The notes under the pieces: model-generated
What the model saw: only the letters and a program-made list of their open reading frames with translations
The model's database searches: none
Told to the model about the DNA's origin: nothing
Shown: positions 45,701-57,160 of the stretch, in pieces
Layout of the letters: every line of letters starts with the position of its first letter
How positions within the stretch are numbered: the first letter of the stretch is position 1
Made by a program: the position numbers and the translations under genes
Source of the DNA: Mayamaea pseudoterrestris
Taxonomy: Eukaryota
Direction of reading: 5' to 3'
DNA length: 64,000 bases
Assembly: GCA_027923505.1 (NCBI GenBank)
Contig: BROI01000014.1
Coordinates: 496,001 to 560,000, forward strand

Positions 45701-48700
45701 AATAAGACACACGTAGCAACGCCAACAGCTTTGCAGCTTAATTGCAGCAGTGTTCTCGCGGATGTATATCGCTCGCTTAGAAGATATCTTCATGCGGAAT
45801 ACACTTTGTATCATGGTTGCCGCCATGCGCATAACGAGGTAGGTGTTTCTTTGAATTCGACCTCGCACACGTTTCTGTATGCTAGCTGCCGCATTGAAAA
45901 ACTTTTCCGACCGCATTGCCTCGATCCGATCAAAGGCTTCTCGACGAAGAAACACTTTGGTCCTTCCTAGCTGAAGACCAGCGACCGCGCATCGCGATGC
46001 AAAATCAAGCTGCAAAAACTCTCGCTCACTAGCTGGACGGTCGACATTATGGCGCTCGCGTCTCTCGCGCATCGCCGCAGTTGGATCTTGCTTGTTGCGC
46101 TTTCGACGTTGATCCTCCGGAGTCATGATCGAGCTCTCGACAACAAGATTGTAAGGAGCATTGGGGCCTGTTGGAACCTTTACGACTTTCGTATTCTGGT
46201 GGTTGATACGCCGCACTTGATACTTCGGCGAGTCGAACTTATCATGGTGATCTTTCTCAGCCATAAGAAGTGCTTGCATAACCACATGATCAGCATACCA
46301 CAAATCGTAAGCAATCTTTGTAATGAGGCGCTTGAGCTGGCTTTCTTTTTCATCTTGCCGACTTGGAGAAAACACAGGACTCTGGGGCGAATTGTCTGTT
46401 GTGTCTGCAAGTATCTCATACCGGGCAAGAAACACATCATGCGGATAGCGCGTTGGATAGCCAGCGCGACTGACTCGCACAGCTTCAAGAACACCTCCAC
46501 AGCGCAGCTGCTCGACAACATTCTTTGGCTCAAAATAGTCGGGAGCCAAATCGTCGTTTGGTTTGAGACAACGAATATAGTGCGGTACCGTTTCGTCGAT
46601 TCTCGAACGAAGCTCGCGCAGCTGAGTAGAGAATTGTGAACTGACCGACTTGGTTGCAACTGTTCCGCGACCCCCACGATCCTCTGCGCGAATATTCTTT
46701 TGTATCTCCTCAATGAACTCAAATGAAGACGATTTCAAAAGATCTGACGAGGCAGCAGGAAGCTGGTCTTTATTCTTCTCAATCCAGCCACCTGTCGTGT
46801 ATTCGACATATCCCGCGTAGTGTTCAATGCTGAACAAATGATCAACGCGTTGTGACGAGGTTGCGCTAAAACGGGGATGTTTGTCGCTGCGGCCGTACAG
46901 ATATCTGGTATACTTTTGATCATCACTTCTTGGCAAAATGCACTGCTCGTCAAGAAGAGCCAAGATTCCCACATGCTTTTTGTCGATAAGGTCCAAGACG
47001 TCTTGGTTGTCGGGAAACGATATGAATTTCCACATAATCCCTTCCTTCTCGTACTCCTGCTGTTCAAGCTTGAAAACGTACTTGTTGAATTGCTGTTGCA
47101 GCGCTTCGTTTGTGTAGTTAATACAGAGCTGCTCGAAGCTATTCTTCTCAAATGTTTCAAAACCAAATATGTCAAGCACTCCAATCGAAGCATGACGCGA
47201 TTGATCAGATCTGTCGTCGACAATGCTTTCATTGACTTTAGTTACGACAAAATCAAACAATGCGCCGTAGAGAGACTTGATGAGAGCTTCCATTGCCTTT
47301 TGAGCAGAATCGATCGTAAGTGACGTGTGAACAATCTCGTCTCCAGCTATTATGACGCGAGCCGTCAAGGCAGCAGCCAACCCTTCAAAGGTGATGCCAA
47401 GAAGGGTGGCACAGGCTCGAGCGGCGCTCGTGTCATCAAGGCGACATGATTCATTGTCGCGCGACGGCGTAAAGGACATATTGCCGCAAAATAGAATGCC
47501 CACGATAAGACGCATCAGCGATTGAATTGTTTCGGGCATGAAACCAATAGTAATCTATAATGGTTGGAAAAAGGAACATTGTGAGATGATATCAGGTGGC
47601 TAGAAAGCGCGAAATGACAAGCAGCAAAGTAACGTACCATGGCGTCCAACATTTCTTGATGGTTTGCCTCGTCACTGACATGGTCGCGACGATCAAACGT
47701 TCCACTTTGACTGAGCAACTTGAACTCGCTTGGATGCAAACGTCCCAGGAAAAATTGGTTGCGCTCCTTGGGGGTAGCGCTTGCAAGAAACTGGTAAAAG
47801 ACATGGTAGTTCCGTTCGCCAAGACCCAAGTGAATAAGTCGAACCTTTTCCAAAAGGTACGTTTCAATCGATGCGCCAGACAGCTTTCCCGAGCGGGTAA
47901 AGCGAATGTCAATGTACTTGCCAAAGCGCGATGAATTGTCGTTGCGTATAGTGCGAGCGTTACCAAACGACTCCAAAATGGGATTGCTCTGCAATACTTG
48001 CGCCTCTATAGAGACATCCTCAATCAAACTTCCATGAGTCGGCGAAAAAAGTGTATCCGACTTTCGCTTTGAAAGCATCGCCAAGTAGTTGAGCACAATC
48101 TTCGTGGTCACTGTTTTGCCGGCTCCACTCTCTCCAGACACGAGGATACTTTGATCCGTTGGATTGTCTCTTCCCGCCACCGTGGCAATACTTGCTCCGC
48201 GACTGTGCTTGCCGCTATGCCGCATCAGTTCCTTGTTCTCTAATCCTCGCATCATGGCGCGATAGGCATCGTCGGCCGTTTGGTAAACGTGAGGAGGCAG
48301 CTTGCGCTTGTTTGCATCACGCTTTTGTGCCCCAACAACTCCTCGATTCTTAAAAGGCGTTGTAAAGGTAGTTGAGGTCGACGCAGCGGCTTCGCCCTGC
48401 TCGCAGTACTTAATCATGGTATCGGGCGAGTACAATTCCATCTTTTTGAACGGATTGACAGCAATTAAAATGGGACCGGTCGCCGTGTAAATAATGTCCG
48501 CGTCGTAGCGCAAACGCAAAGCATGAAGAATAGCCGGCTCATGCAAATGCGTCAATCCAATGAGATCGTCGACTCCGCCGACAATGGAAGCGTCAATGTG
48601 GGTGCTCGGGCTCGCTAGAACATGTCCTTCCGGATCCTCTCCAGCAATTTCGTACGATGCTGGCAAGTTGCGCAGTTTAATATCGTCATGGTCCGCAGTC

Positions 48701-49065
48701 TTAAGCTGCTCTGGATCGACAGTTACCATTGTTTCGAACTGCTCCTCGTCCTGAAAGTAGTTCGAGCCAGATCGCGAGTATTGCTTGCTGTTGCTTTGCT
48801 CCGGCATGGTTGCTTCAATCTGCGGATCATCGCGTAAGGTAAGGTTTATCAATTCCACTCCGCGAATTGTTACTGGTTCCTTCTTTACGATTATTGCAGG
48901 AACCCATCCCCAATGCGAGTCCTCCTTATAAGTGTATATAAAAGAAATGCGTGAGTGTCTCCTTCTCGGAACAACAGCGTGACAAGGCCATAATGGTGCT
49001 CATTCTCAGCAGCATGCAACATTTTTGCTCACCTTCCGGAGCCATACATGCGCTCCAAGCTCCAT
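42704..49065 (-). CDS. Unconventional myosin with IQ motifs, ankyrin repeats and a C-terminal kinase-like domain, ~2056 aa (exons 49065-49033, 48924-47638, 47554-42704)
   Basis: MELGAHVWLRK|EDSHWGWVPA start, GESGAGKT, NDNSSRFGK, LDIFGFE, YIRCLKPN, five IQ-like motifs, GxLPLH ankyrin repeats and a kinase fold (HGD...DIWAYGV). Confidence 0.95.
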
Positions 49066-49830
49066 TGTTGCTGATACCAATTTTTACGCAGCTGTCACTA
49101 TTTGAGGGGGCACAAAGCTTGAAGCAAATCTCGGATGAGGCTGTGCGGTGCGTGCGTTGAATTGTTCACCCGACCACCTATAACAGTTTAACTGCGATAA
49201 TGTAATGGCCAGAAAAGTTGTCTCGTCAACCAGCGCTGCAATTTCTGTCTAAAGTACTAAGGATTGCTTTTCACTAAACTGAAATCGCTTGCCAAATAGC
49301 GTGGAAAGAAAGGTCCGTCTCGCTTGTCGCTTGCAGCTTTTTCGATGCATCCATGGCGCCACAACCGCCGCCGCGCCGCGCCAGACCGTTCGGCCAGGTT
49401 CGCGTACTTTTCATTGGTTTATATATGTAAGATACCTTCTTCAACCCAGCTCGGAACGCCCAGCTAATGCTCACTTCCCAATAGTGTTCAGCGCATTGCT
49501 GCTCGACCGATTGAGCTGGGCATATGCTCATAAAATCCAGTGTATCCTGCTTGTACCTCTATAATAATAACAAGACCGTAAAGATGGTAAAGAAATCTGT
49601 AACAATATCGACAATGCTCATAGTTTAGCACGAATCGCTTCCTACTGATATATGATTTGACAACTGCATACTGAACTCCTATGCAAATGATTTGCAGCAA
49701 GTAAAAGGTACACCGATATAGAAAGCTGCGCAAGCTACAAAGACTATATTCTATTGGGTGCATGTGTGTCTCGCGACGGCACCATAATATGCAGTGGCAA
49801 GCGGGTCCCAAGCTTTAAAGCAAGATTGTA

Positions 49831-50974
49831 CTATCCCAACAAACCTTCAAGCGTCGACAGGGTCACGCCTGTAGCCGCATCGTCGCCGAGCTCGTCGACA
49901 ATCATATGCGCTCCTGTAAAGTCTTCATTGGCCGTGTAGGAGCTCTTGGTCACGATACAAGCAATGCCTGCTGCCTTGGCAGCTCCGAGACCGATATGGC
50001 TATCCTCTGGTAAGATAAGACAAAGCAAAACATCGGAAATTACGTTAAAGATCGAGTGAATTTGTATAATGGATGGCCATAACATGCGATCCCATTGCTT
50101 ACCAACAATGACACATTTGCTCTTATCGAGCCCCATTGTATCGACAGCCATGTTGTAGACATCCGGCGCAGGTTTCTTTTTCTTCACCATGTCACCAGCG
50201 AAAATTTGAAAGTTGGTCGCACGTTCAGGCCCCATGAGTGTGTTTACGAGGTTGCGGACTGCACTTTCGGCGCTCGTTGAACACACGGCGAGTTTCACAT
50301 TTGCAGCTATCGCCTCGTCAATGACTCTCAAAACTCCTGGACGCAAAGGAATAGTACCGCCTTTAATCATATCCATAAAGATTGCAGTTTTTCGTAAATG
50401 CAGTTCCTTCACCTTGTCGGCTCGAGCATCCGCGGAAAGATTTTCTGGCCACCCAACATTGTTCCAATGTGCCGTCATTCTCTCCTTGCCGCCACCGACT
50501 TCAAGTAGTTTGCCGTATTGTTCCTCGTCCCAAACTGTATTCAATTCGTTTTCCGCAAACGCTTGGTTGAAGGCTGGTCGATGACCGTCGCGCTCGGTAT
50601 CAGCCAAGACGCCATCCATGTCCCAAAGAATGGCGTCGAGCTTTGCGTTTAGCATCGTTGCTGGCTGGAAAGATCTGCTAATAAAGGAAGCACAAGGCAA
50701 TGCAAAGAATTTGATAAGTTTATTTCGTTTTATTTAAACAAGTCCGAGAAGTTATACAAAGCTCTGATAGTGCTCTGACGCAATGATTACTGCGAAAATG
50801 TCACGTCGAGTCGATTTATGATGAACTATGAAACAAGCTGGCAAAACGACAATGTAAAGCTTACCTGGCTAATCCGAGACGGCCCTGTCGACTACTAGTT
50901 GTAGCGAATGCTGCGCATGATTCAGCTATGAGCAAGGCCAGAGCCAGGCGTGTCAACGACGGCAGTTTCGCCAT
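49831..50974 (-). CDS. cbbY: CbbY-like HAD phosphatase, plastid-targeted (exons 50974-50865, ~50674-50103, 50006-49831)
   Basis: WDMDGVLADTERDGHRPAFN, GGGKERM, KKPAPDVY, and VIVEDS restored by removing intron 50007-50102. Presequence ...ESCAA-FAT. Confidence 0.92.
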
Positions 50975-51510
50975 GGTCGAATGAATGTGATGCGATTCAC
51001 ATTTTCGACGACTGACGTCACGAGAAAGAAGATCGTAGCGGTACTCGGAGACTATGCAACGCGGACGACCATGGCCATCAAAATCCTCACACTTCTTGTT
51101 CATTAATGCTGTAGCAAGTTACGTGGCAGCTGCGCCATATTGTACTACCCGATAACTTCTGCCAGAGAGCCATCCTTCTAGTGTCAAGCGTTTGGAAGTG
51201 ATTTACAACTCATGAGTTGAGGGCGTTGATTTGAAAGGTGAGTCACCGATACGCATGTTTGAGTATGAGTGAGCATTGACAATGCACCAGCTATTAGATT
51301 GAGGCCTTATGAGGAACAAACTGTTATCCCTGTCTGACATGTGATTGATAAACGCAAAAAGTAACTTTTCAATATATTCTGAAGGCTCTCTCGTTGGTAA
51401 TAAATGCATGAAGGGGGTCGATGCGGACTGAGCTGCAACTCACACGATTCTTTTGGATCTACAGGGATTTCACAAAAACCACTCCTCCTTCTGTGTTCTT
51501 AAATAGCTAC

Positions 51511-52472
51511 ATGAGCCTTATATACCAAGCTGGCGCCGCATCAGGTCAGACAACTCGATCTGGTTTGTACATTGGAGGCAAGGACGATGCCAAAAATACG
51601 GACAAGCTAAAGCGATGGAAAGTCTCTCACATATTGAACGTGACACCCGTCAAGCAAGCCAACATTCAGGTATGGTAGCTGATAGATGCGACTAATGTAC
51701 CATCTCTCGCACTTTCAGACCATCATTTTCCCACTTAACTTTGTCTACTCTACTCTTCACCAGGCCGGCGTTCCCAATTACTTTGACAAGTCGTACATTT
51801 ACAAGCGAATCCCAGTGTTGGACAATCCAACCAGCGCAACTGATTTTTTGAGCCATGCCGAGTCTATTGTCGACTTTATTGCCACTGGGCTTTGCCATGG
51901 ATCCGTCTTGGTGCATTGCCAGCATGGCGTATCTCGATCGACGACGGCCATTTTGTTTTATCTCATGAGGTACGTTATTTGATATGCAATAGCAATTGGA
52001 AGTGCATGCGGGCTATTCAAAGCGACAATCTCACTTGTTGAAAAGCTCTTTCTTTGCGCAACATGGATGAAATACTCGTTTAACTTGCTAATGACTCTGA
52101 CGATGGATCAGACGAGTCGGAATGTCGTTGCAAGATGGCTTGACCATGATTCAACGGCGCCGGCCTCAGGCCCAGCCCATTCCAGCGTTTCTTACAATTT
52201 TACAGCAATACTACGAGACCAAGTGCCAATTGAACGAGCAGAAACCGAGCAGCGACCCGAGCAAGCGAAAGGCCATGGTGGGCCCGGCAATGCCACCCGA
52301 CAAGCGAGCTCGGAAACCCATTGGCCCGACACTGCCAGCAAGTTTGTCGGTGTCAATCGAAGAATCATCTAGAGTCGAAGATGGAGGTGAAGGCAAGCAA
52401 GCGGACGATCAATTGCCCAACGTTCCACCCTCGAATACTGTTACAAATGTCGCGCGCACGCGAGACCTTTAA
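51511..52472 (+). CDS. Dual-specificity protein phosphatase (exons 51511-51669, 51764-51969, 52112-52472)
   Basis: LYIGG, HILNVT, catalytic VHCQHGVSRS, and RRPQAQPIPAF. Two GT-AG introns are in frame; the 5' end is uncertain. Confidence 0.88.
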
Positions 52473-52744
52473 AAGCCTAAATCGCTTCAATTTTTGCCAC
52501 TTATTATAGCTTTTGTTCACTGTATGCCATTAAAGTGAGTGTATTTGTTTGTAGTAGCTCGCATGTCATTCACAGTCAGCCCTGCGCTCTCCAATATAAG
52601 ATCTTTCGCAGAGTCGCACTGGCTAGCTAAACGAATCTCGACCAAGATTCGCGCCTGAGTCAGCCAATCAGAGAGCTCGGTGGAGCGGCGGCCTGCCGAC
52701 AATTTGCATCGTCATTTTTGTGTGAACGGGCAGCCCATGTCACC

Positions 52745-54013
52745 ATGGCGGTCAAAACGTCTATCATACCGCGACACCCGACATATCAAAGCATTCCAGA
52801 CACTGACGATGAATGGAACTTGCGAAAAGTTTCCAATGATGCACCGCCTTCTAACGCAATAACGCGTGCACCATCGTCGCAAGCAGCACCTCGTCGATTC
52901 ATGCTCTTGCTGATAATACTCGCCGTGAGTCTGTTGGTAACGCTTCCACGTCTTGTTCCTACCTTGCAGGAGCTTGAAATGGCCAATCAGTACGACTTGA
53001 GTACTTGGACGGCGGCCTTTCGCATTCGACAGGCGCAATCCATGGCCGACGCTAGCCTCTCCTTCTTGTCGTCGGGTGAAATCAACTTTGGCAATGTCAA
53101 TCGCGCCTTTCGCAAAGTAGACGAGAAGAACGGAGCCAAGCATTATATGGAACCTCCAGATGGATGTGAAGCTAGTGTTGTCATTCTGAGGCACTGCGAA
53201 AAGGGTCACATACGAGAGCATTGCGACTATTTGGGCTTTGAGCGATCCGTTTACATTGCTTCGTTGTTTGGTGACGACCACGAGCGATGGCCAGCTCCTT
53301 CCTATATTTTTGCGGAAGGTCCCGGACAAAGGCGAAACAAGAAAAAGATGAATTTTCGAGAAGTTGAAACTGTGGGTCCGCTGTCACAAAAGATTGGAGT
53401 ACCTGTAGACGACAGGTGCGTAATTGAGTCGTGGTACACATTCTTCACACACTTTCCACCTGAACTATCATTTGTAAGTTGCTTACATGCAACACTATTT
53501 CGCTTGCTCTCAATTTACAGCTACTCTGTCGAAACAGCCAATGCTTTAGCAGCAAAGCTCATGACGTATCTGCATACCGGCCAAATGTGCGGCAAGGTTA
53601 CGCTCATTGTTTGGAAACACTCGGGCATTGGTCATTTGGCTCGACATTTGGGTTGCGGACCGTCTCAGGGCTGTCCACTTGACTACAAGGGCCGATCCTT
53701 TGACGATGCCTGGCAGATAAAGTATACCTATCGCACGAGGCGACATTCCGAGCGCAAGGACTTGGCCTTGGACGATAAGCCTCGCTGGGACATTTACGGT
53801 GGTGTTCAAGCGGAAGGATTTGATGCGCTTGCCTTTTCAAAGCAAGTTGGCGACTACCCGTATGGCGGGACGGATCATGGCGCTCGGTGGGAGACGATCA
53901 AGGTTGACTACCCCGAACGGCGGAGCAAGCACGAAACTGCTGGCTGGACGGAGACGCGACTTGGATTCAGCAATGAAAAGAAACGCCACCACCACAATAA
54001 GCACAATCACTAG
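52745..54013 (+). CDS. Type II membrane histidine-phosphatase (phosphoglycerate mutase superfamily)-like protein; probable in-frame intron 53416-53520
   Basis: Single TM helix, VVILRHCEK (RHG-like), REVETVGPL and IVWKHSGI. Confidence 0.65.
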   Translation: MAVKTSIIPRHPTYQSIPDTDDEWNLRKVSNDAPPSNAITRAPSSQAAPRRFMLLLIILAVSLLVTLPRLVPTLQELEMANQYDLSTWTAAFRIRQAQSMADASLSFLSSGEINFGNVNRAFRKVDEKNGAKHYMEPPDGCEASVVILRHCEKGHIREHCDYLGFERSVYIASLFGDDHERWPAPSYIFAEGPGQRRNKKKMNFREVETVGPLSQKIGVPVDDRCVIESWYTFFTHFPPELSFVSCLHATLFRLLSIYSYSVETANALAAKLMTYLHTGQMCGKVTLIVWKHSGIGHLARHLGCGPSQGCPLDYKGRSFDDAWQIKYTYRTRRHSERKDLALDDKPRWDIYGGVQAEGFDALAFSKQVGDYPYGGTDHGARWETIKVDYPERRSKHETAGWTETRLGFSNEKKRHHHNKHNH

Positions 54014-54356
54014 ACTCTTTATTAGGAGAAGCCATTTGTAAATACGACGGATAGACACGTTGATGCCGCTGCAGCTCCTGCTTCGTGGCTTTGACCGTAA
54101 ATTGCCTTTCGACCCTACCGGTATCTGTTAATACTGAACGCCTTAAAGAGATACACTCAATAGAATACAAATTATTATCTGCAGTTGTCCTATCCATAGT
54201 TACTTAGCGCACATTACCACAACACATAGTATCAAACTGAATTGTCAATTGAAGAAACATTCGATAGCTAGATCTTAACCGATGCGACATTTCGTTGATC
54301 GAAAATTTCGATGCCACTTCCGCGCGGATAGTGATCCATCACACTCCCTCGCAAAC

Positions 54357-56516
54357 ATGTTGCTCGCATGCGTTAGCCTCTTTATTGCGTACATTTTGTC
54401 TCTAGCAAGGTTCAGTGCAGCATTGTACGATTTTGAGTCCGACTTTGGAGGTGTCGCAAATGACGATTCGCCTTTGGTGTGCGCAAGGAACACACGACTC
54501 CTGAACAATGTGTTTCGGCGAAACCTTGACCAACACGAGACGCTGCGAATTGTAGACTGGAACAGAACCATGTATTTCCATCCTGGAATAGTGGCGAGAA
54601 ATTTGGAGAATGTCCATTTGCTTTTGGATGGAACGATGCGCTTCGAACGTCCCGACAAGAACGCCAGTTCGCAGGCAGATGCATACCTCAACCATGATGC
54701 TTGCTGGTCAATATCAGACTCGACAAATGTCACATTCTCAAGCTCTGTTAAGATGAACGAAAGTCTTGCGTTTGAAGAAAGAGGCGTTTTGGATGGCCAA
54801 GGCAGCCAGTATTGGGGCGTTCCATACATTGGCTATCTCCAAGTCGAAAACCGACGACCAGCGCTCGTTCGCGTCTACAATTCTTCGCAGGTACTCGTGC
54901 AAAGAGTAATCCTCCAAGACTGCCCTTTGGAGTGTCTCGTATTGGATCACGTGGACCGTGTGCACGTTCGAAATTCTACAATTGTTTCGCGACGAACAAC
55001 ACACCGGACGCATGGCTTTGCCGACTTGTCTGCGTTTGGTTCAAAGGGTATCACAATCAACGCATCCAGTCACGTCAATGTGGATTCTGTTGATATTTGG
55101 ACACAGGATGAATGCATTAATATCAATGACGAGTCGAACAATGTAAAACTGGATGGAGTCAATGCATCTGGTCTTGGATTTGCTATAACCAGTTCCGGTG
55201 GACGAGTGCATGACATTGCTATTCACAATTCACGGCTATATCGATCGATTAAAGGACTCTATCTGAAGTTCTATCCAAGTCAAGATGATGCATCTGGAGG
55301 CGGCGCTATCGAGCATGTTCAAATCGAAAATGTGACCATGGAATCCATTGCGCAATGGCCACTTTGGTTCGGTCCGGGCCAGCGAGCTACGGAACAAGGG
55401 GCTTGTCAGGCCGATCCATGCAGTCTATGTTGGCCTCAAGCATCTACATCATCTTGCAACGTTATTCCCACGACAGTCATGAGGAATTTAACACTACGAA
55501 ACGTTCAAATCAACAATCCCAAGCTGGCAAACGGCGTCATGCTATCCGATCCCGATAAGAAAGCTTTGATGGACATTATCATATTCGAAAATGTCCGCGT
55601 AACTAGAGGAGAGCAGCTTGCATATGCTACCAAGGATCTGACGCAAACGTTTCCCGGGCTGAAGCGACCTGTTCGTGACGCGTACGTAGTGGATGAACGG
55701 CGGTTGCTTGACGCTCGGTCGGCCATGGATCATGTCGAAAAGCCTGAGCAACTTGACGACTACCATGGCTATATACTTCCATCCCAGGAGTTTTTGGGAA
55801 TGAATCTTGCTGCTCGAGTTGGCATAATCGTTGGAACATGTTTATGCGCCCTCTCCCTCGTTTTGTTGATGGCGTTGTGCATACGGTTGCAATGCCGCCA
55901 CGATGATAGCTTTGATGACGATGACAGTGTTTTGAGACCCTCAGAAGAGTCGCAGCATGAGCTCCACGTTAGCTTTTTGGATGAGGAATGGTTGCGTCAT
56001 CGGCAAAGAGATTCCGGTAATGGTGTGCTTGATGATGACAATGCAAGCGAAAGCATGATTGCGCACGACGATAGCAGACTCGATGAGCCATTACTCGCTG
56101 GCACGGCACGGCCACCACGCTCGACAAGAGTGTCCAGGAGCTGTCAAGTTGCTCCCTACCACGTTGTCGCCTTGCTTGCTGCCATGTATGGATTGCTCAT
56201 TGGTCTTTCGTGGCTTGTCGAAGTCCCTGGCAGACCAGACTGGGAAAATTTGAATCGATATTACATGTGCGAAGGAGTAACAAATGGTGTTGCAAGAGGA
56301 AGTACTTGGCCCGTCCCATATTGCTTTCTGAATGAAACAGAGTGGTTTTCGTGGACGCAGGCATACGATCACATTTCATCCTTTTTGCGCTCGCATTTCG
56401 TCCTTGCGGCTTGTCTCCTGACTTGCTTTTCTCTCTATATTCACTTTTCATTTCTCTTTAAGGAACGGACACCACGTAACGCACTAGCATCCATCGGCGA
56501 CAATACCATAATATGA
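54357..56516 (+). CDS. GH28/pectin-lyase-fold beta-helix membrane protein with degenerate catalytic motifs
   Basis: Signal peptide, GVLDGQGSQYW, RRPALV, beta-helix repeats (IENVTM, LRNVQI, FENVRV) and three C-terminal hydrophobic segments. Confidence 0.8.
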   Translation: MLLACVSLFIAYILSLARFSAALYDFESDFGGVANDDSPLVCARNTRLLNNVFRRNLDQHETLRIVDWNRTMYFHPGIVARNLENVHLLLDGTMRFERPDKNASSQADAYLNHDACWSISDSTNVTFSSSVKMNESLAFEERGVLDGQGSQYWGVPYIGYLQVENRRPALVRVYNSSQVLVQRVILQDCPLECLVLDHVDRVHVRNSTIVSRRTTHRTHGFADLSAFGSKGITINASSHVNVDSVDIWTQDECININDESNNVKLDGVNASGLGFAITSSGGRVHDIAIHNSRLYRSIKGLYLKFYPSQDDASGGGAIEHVQIENVTMESIAQWPLWFGPGQRATEQGACQADPCSLCWPQASTSSCNVIPTTVMRNLTLRNVQINNPKLANGVMLSDPDKKALMDIIIFENVRVTRGEQLAYATKDLTQTFPGLKRPVRDAYVVDERRLLDARSAMDHVEKPEQLDDYHGYILPSQEFLGMNLAARVGIIVGTCLCALSLVLLMALCIRLQCRHDDSFDDDDSVLRPSEESQHELHVSFLDEEWLRHRQRDSGNGVLDDDNASESMIAHDDSRLDEPLLAGTARPPRSTRVSRSCQVAPYHVVALLAAMYGLLIGLSWLVEVPGRPDWENLNRYYMCEGVTNGVARGSTWPVPYCFLNETEWFSWTQAYDHISSFLRSHFVLAACLLTCFSLYIHFSFLFKERTPRNALASIGDNTII

Positions 56517-57160
56517 CGGTGCAGTGTTTACGGGCGCATTCGGCAATTCGCTAATCTCGACAGGCATGCAAGCAATGGCATTTGATGTTAACGCTACTAA
56601 ATCTTTTGTGATTCCTGCTGATATATAGAACGATAGATATATTGTCAGCACTTAAATGTTTTAGAGTCTTTAATGCTTACCTTCCTTCCTTGTTTCCTGG
56701 CTGAAGCAATCGAGCAGCACGTGCCTTGGAAAGATAGCTAGCGTCGTACCGGTAATAATCAGGACAATAACGCCGCGCGACGCGATGACGATGGCGACAT
56801 CAGAATTTGCAGCAAGGCTCTATCGAATGAGGCGTTGATGCTGACGGCTTGGTTAGTTCCGATTTCTGTGGCTTGACTATATTTCTCGTACGTAGGGAAG
56901 AAGAGTTAGTGCCGTGTGAACGCAACGAGGGAATTGATGTAATGTGCGAGGGCTGCATCATCACGACTTGACCCGGCCATCATCCGGCCGTTGCGTGTGA
57001 CTTGCAAAGCTTTTGCTCTTTCGCTACCAAATTGCGCTGTCGAGAGATCAGACATGATTGGAATTAATCATCCTCTTACACGTGCTTTTATCTATTCCAA
57101 ATTAGCGATTAAGCTGCTGCTGGAGCTCATTCAACATTGTATCTTCCTGACTCTGCCACC

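Noticed and set aside
56780..56850. Possible C/D snoRNA (GCGATGA...CTGA)
   Set aside because: The C box is imperfect, there is no clear terminal stem and I recognise no rRNA-complementary guide.
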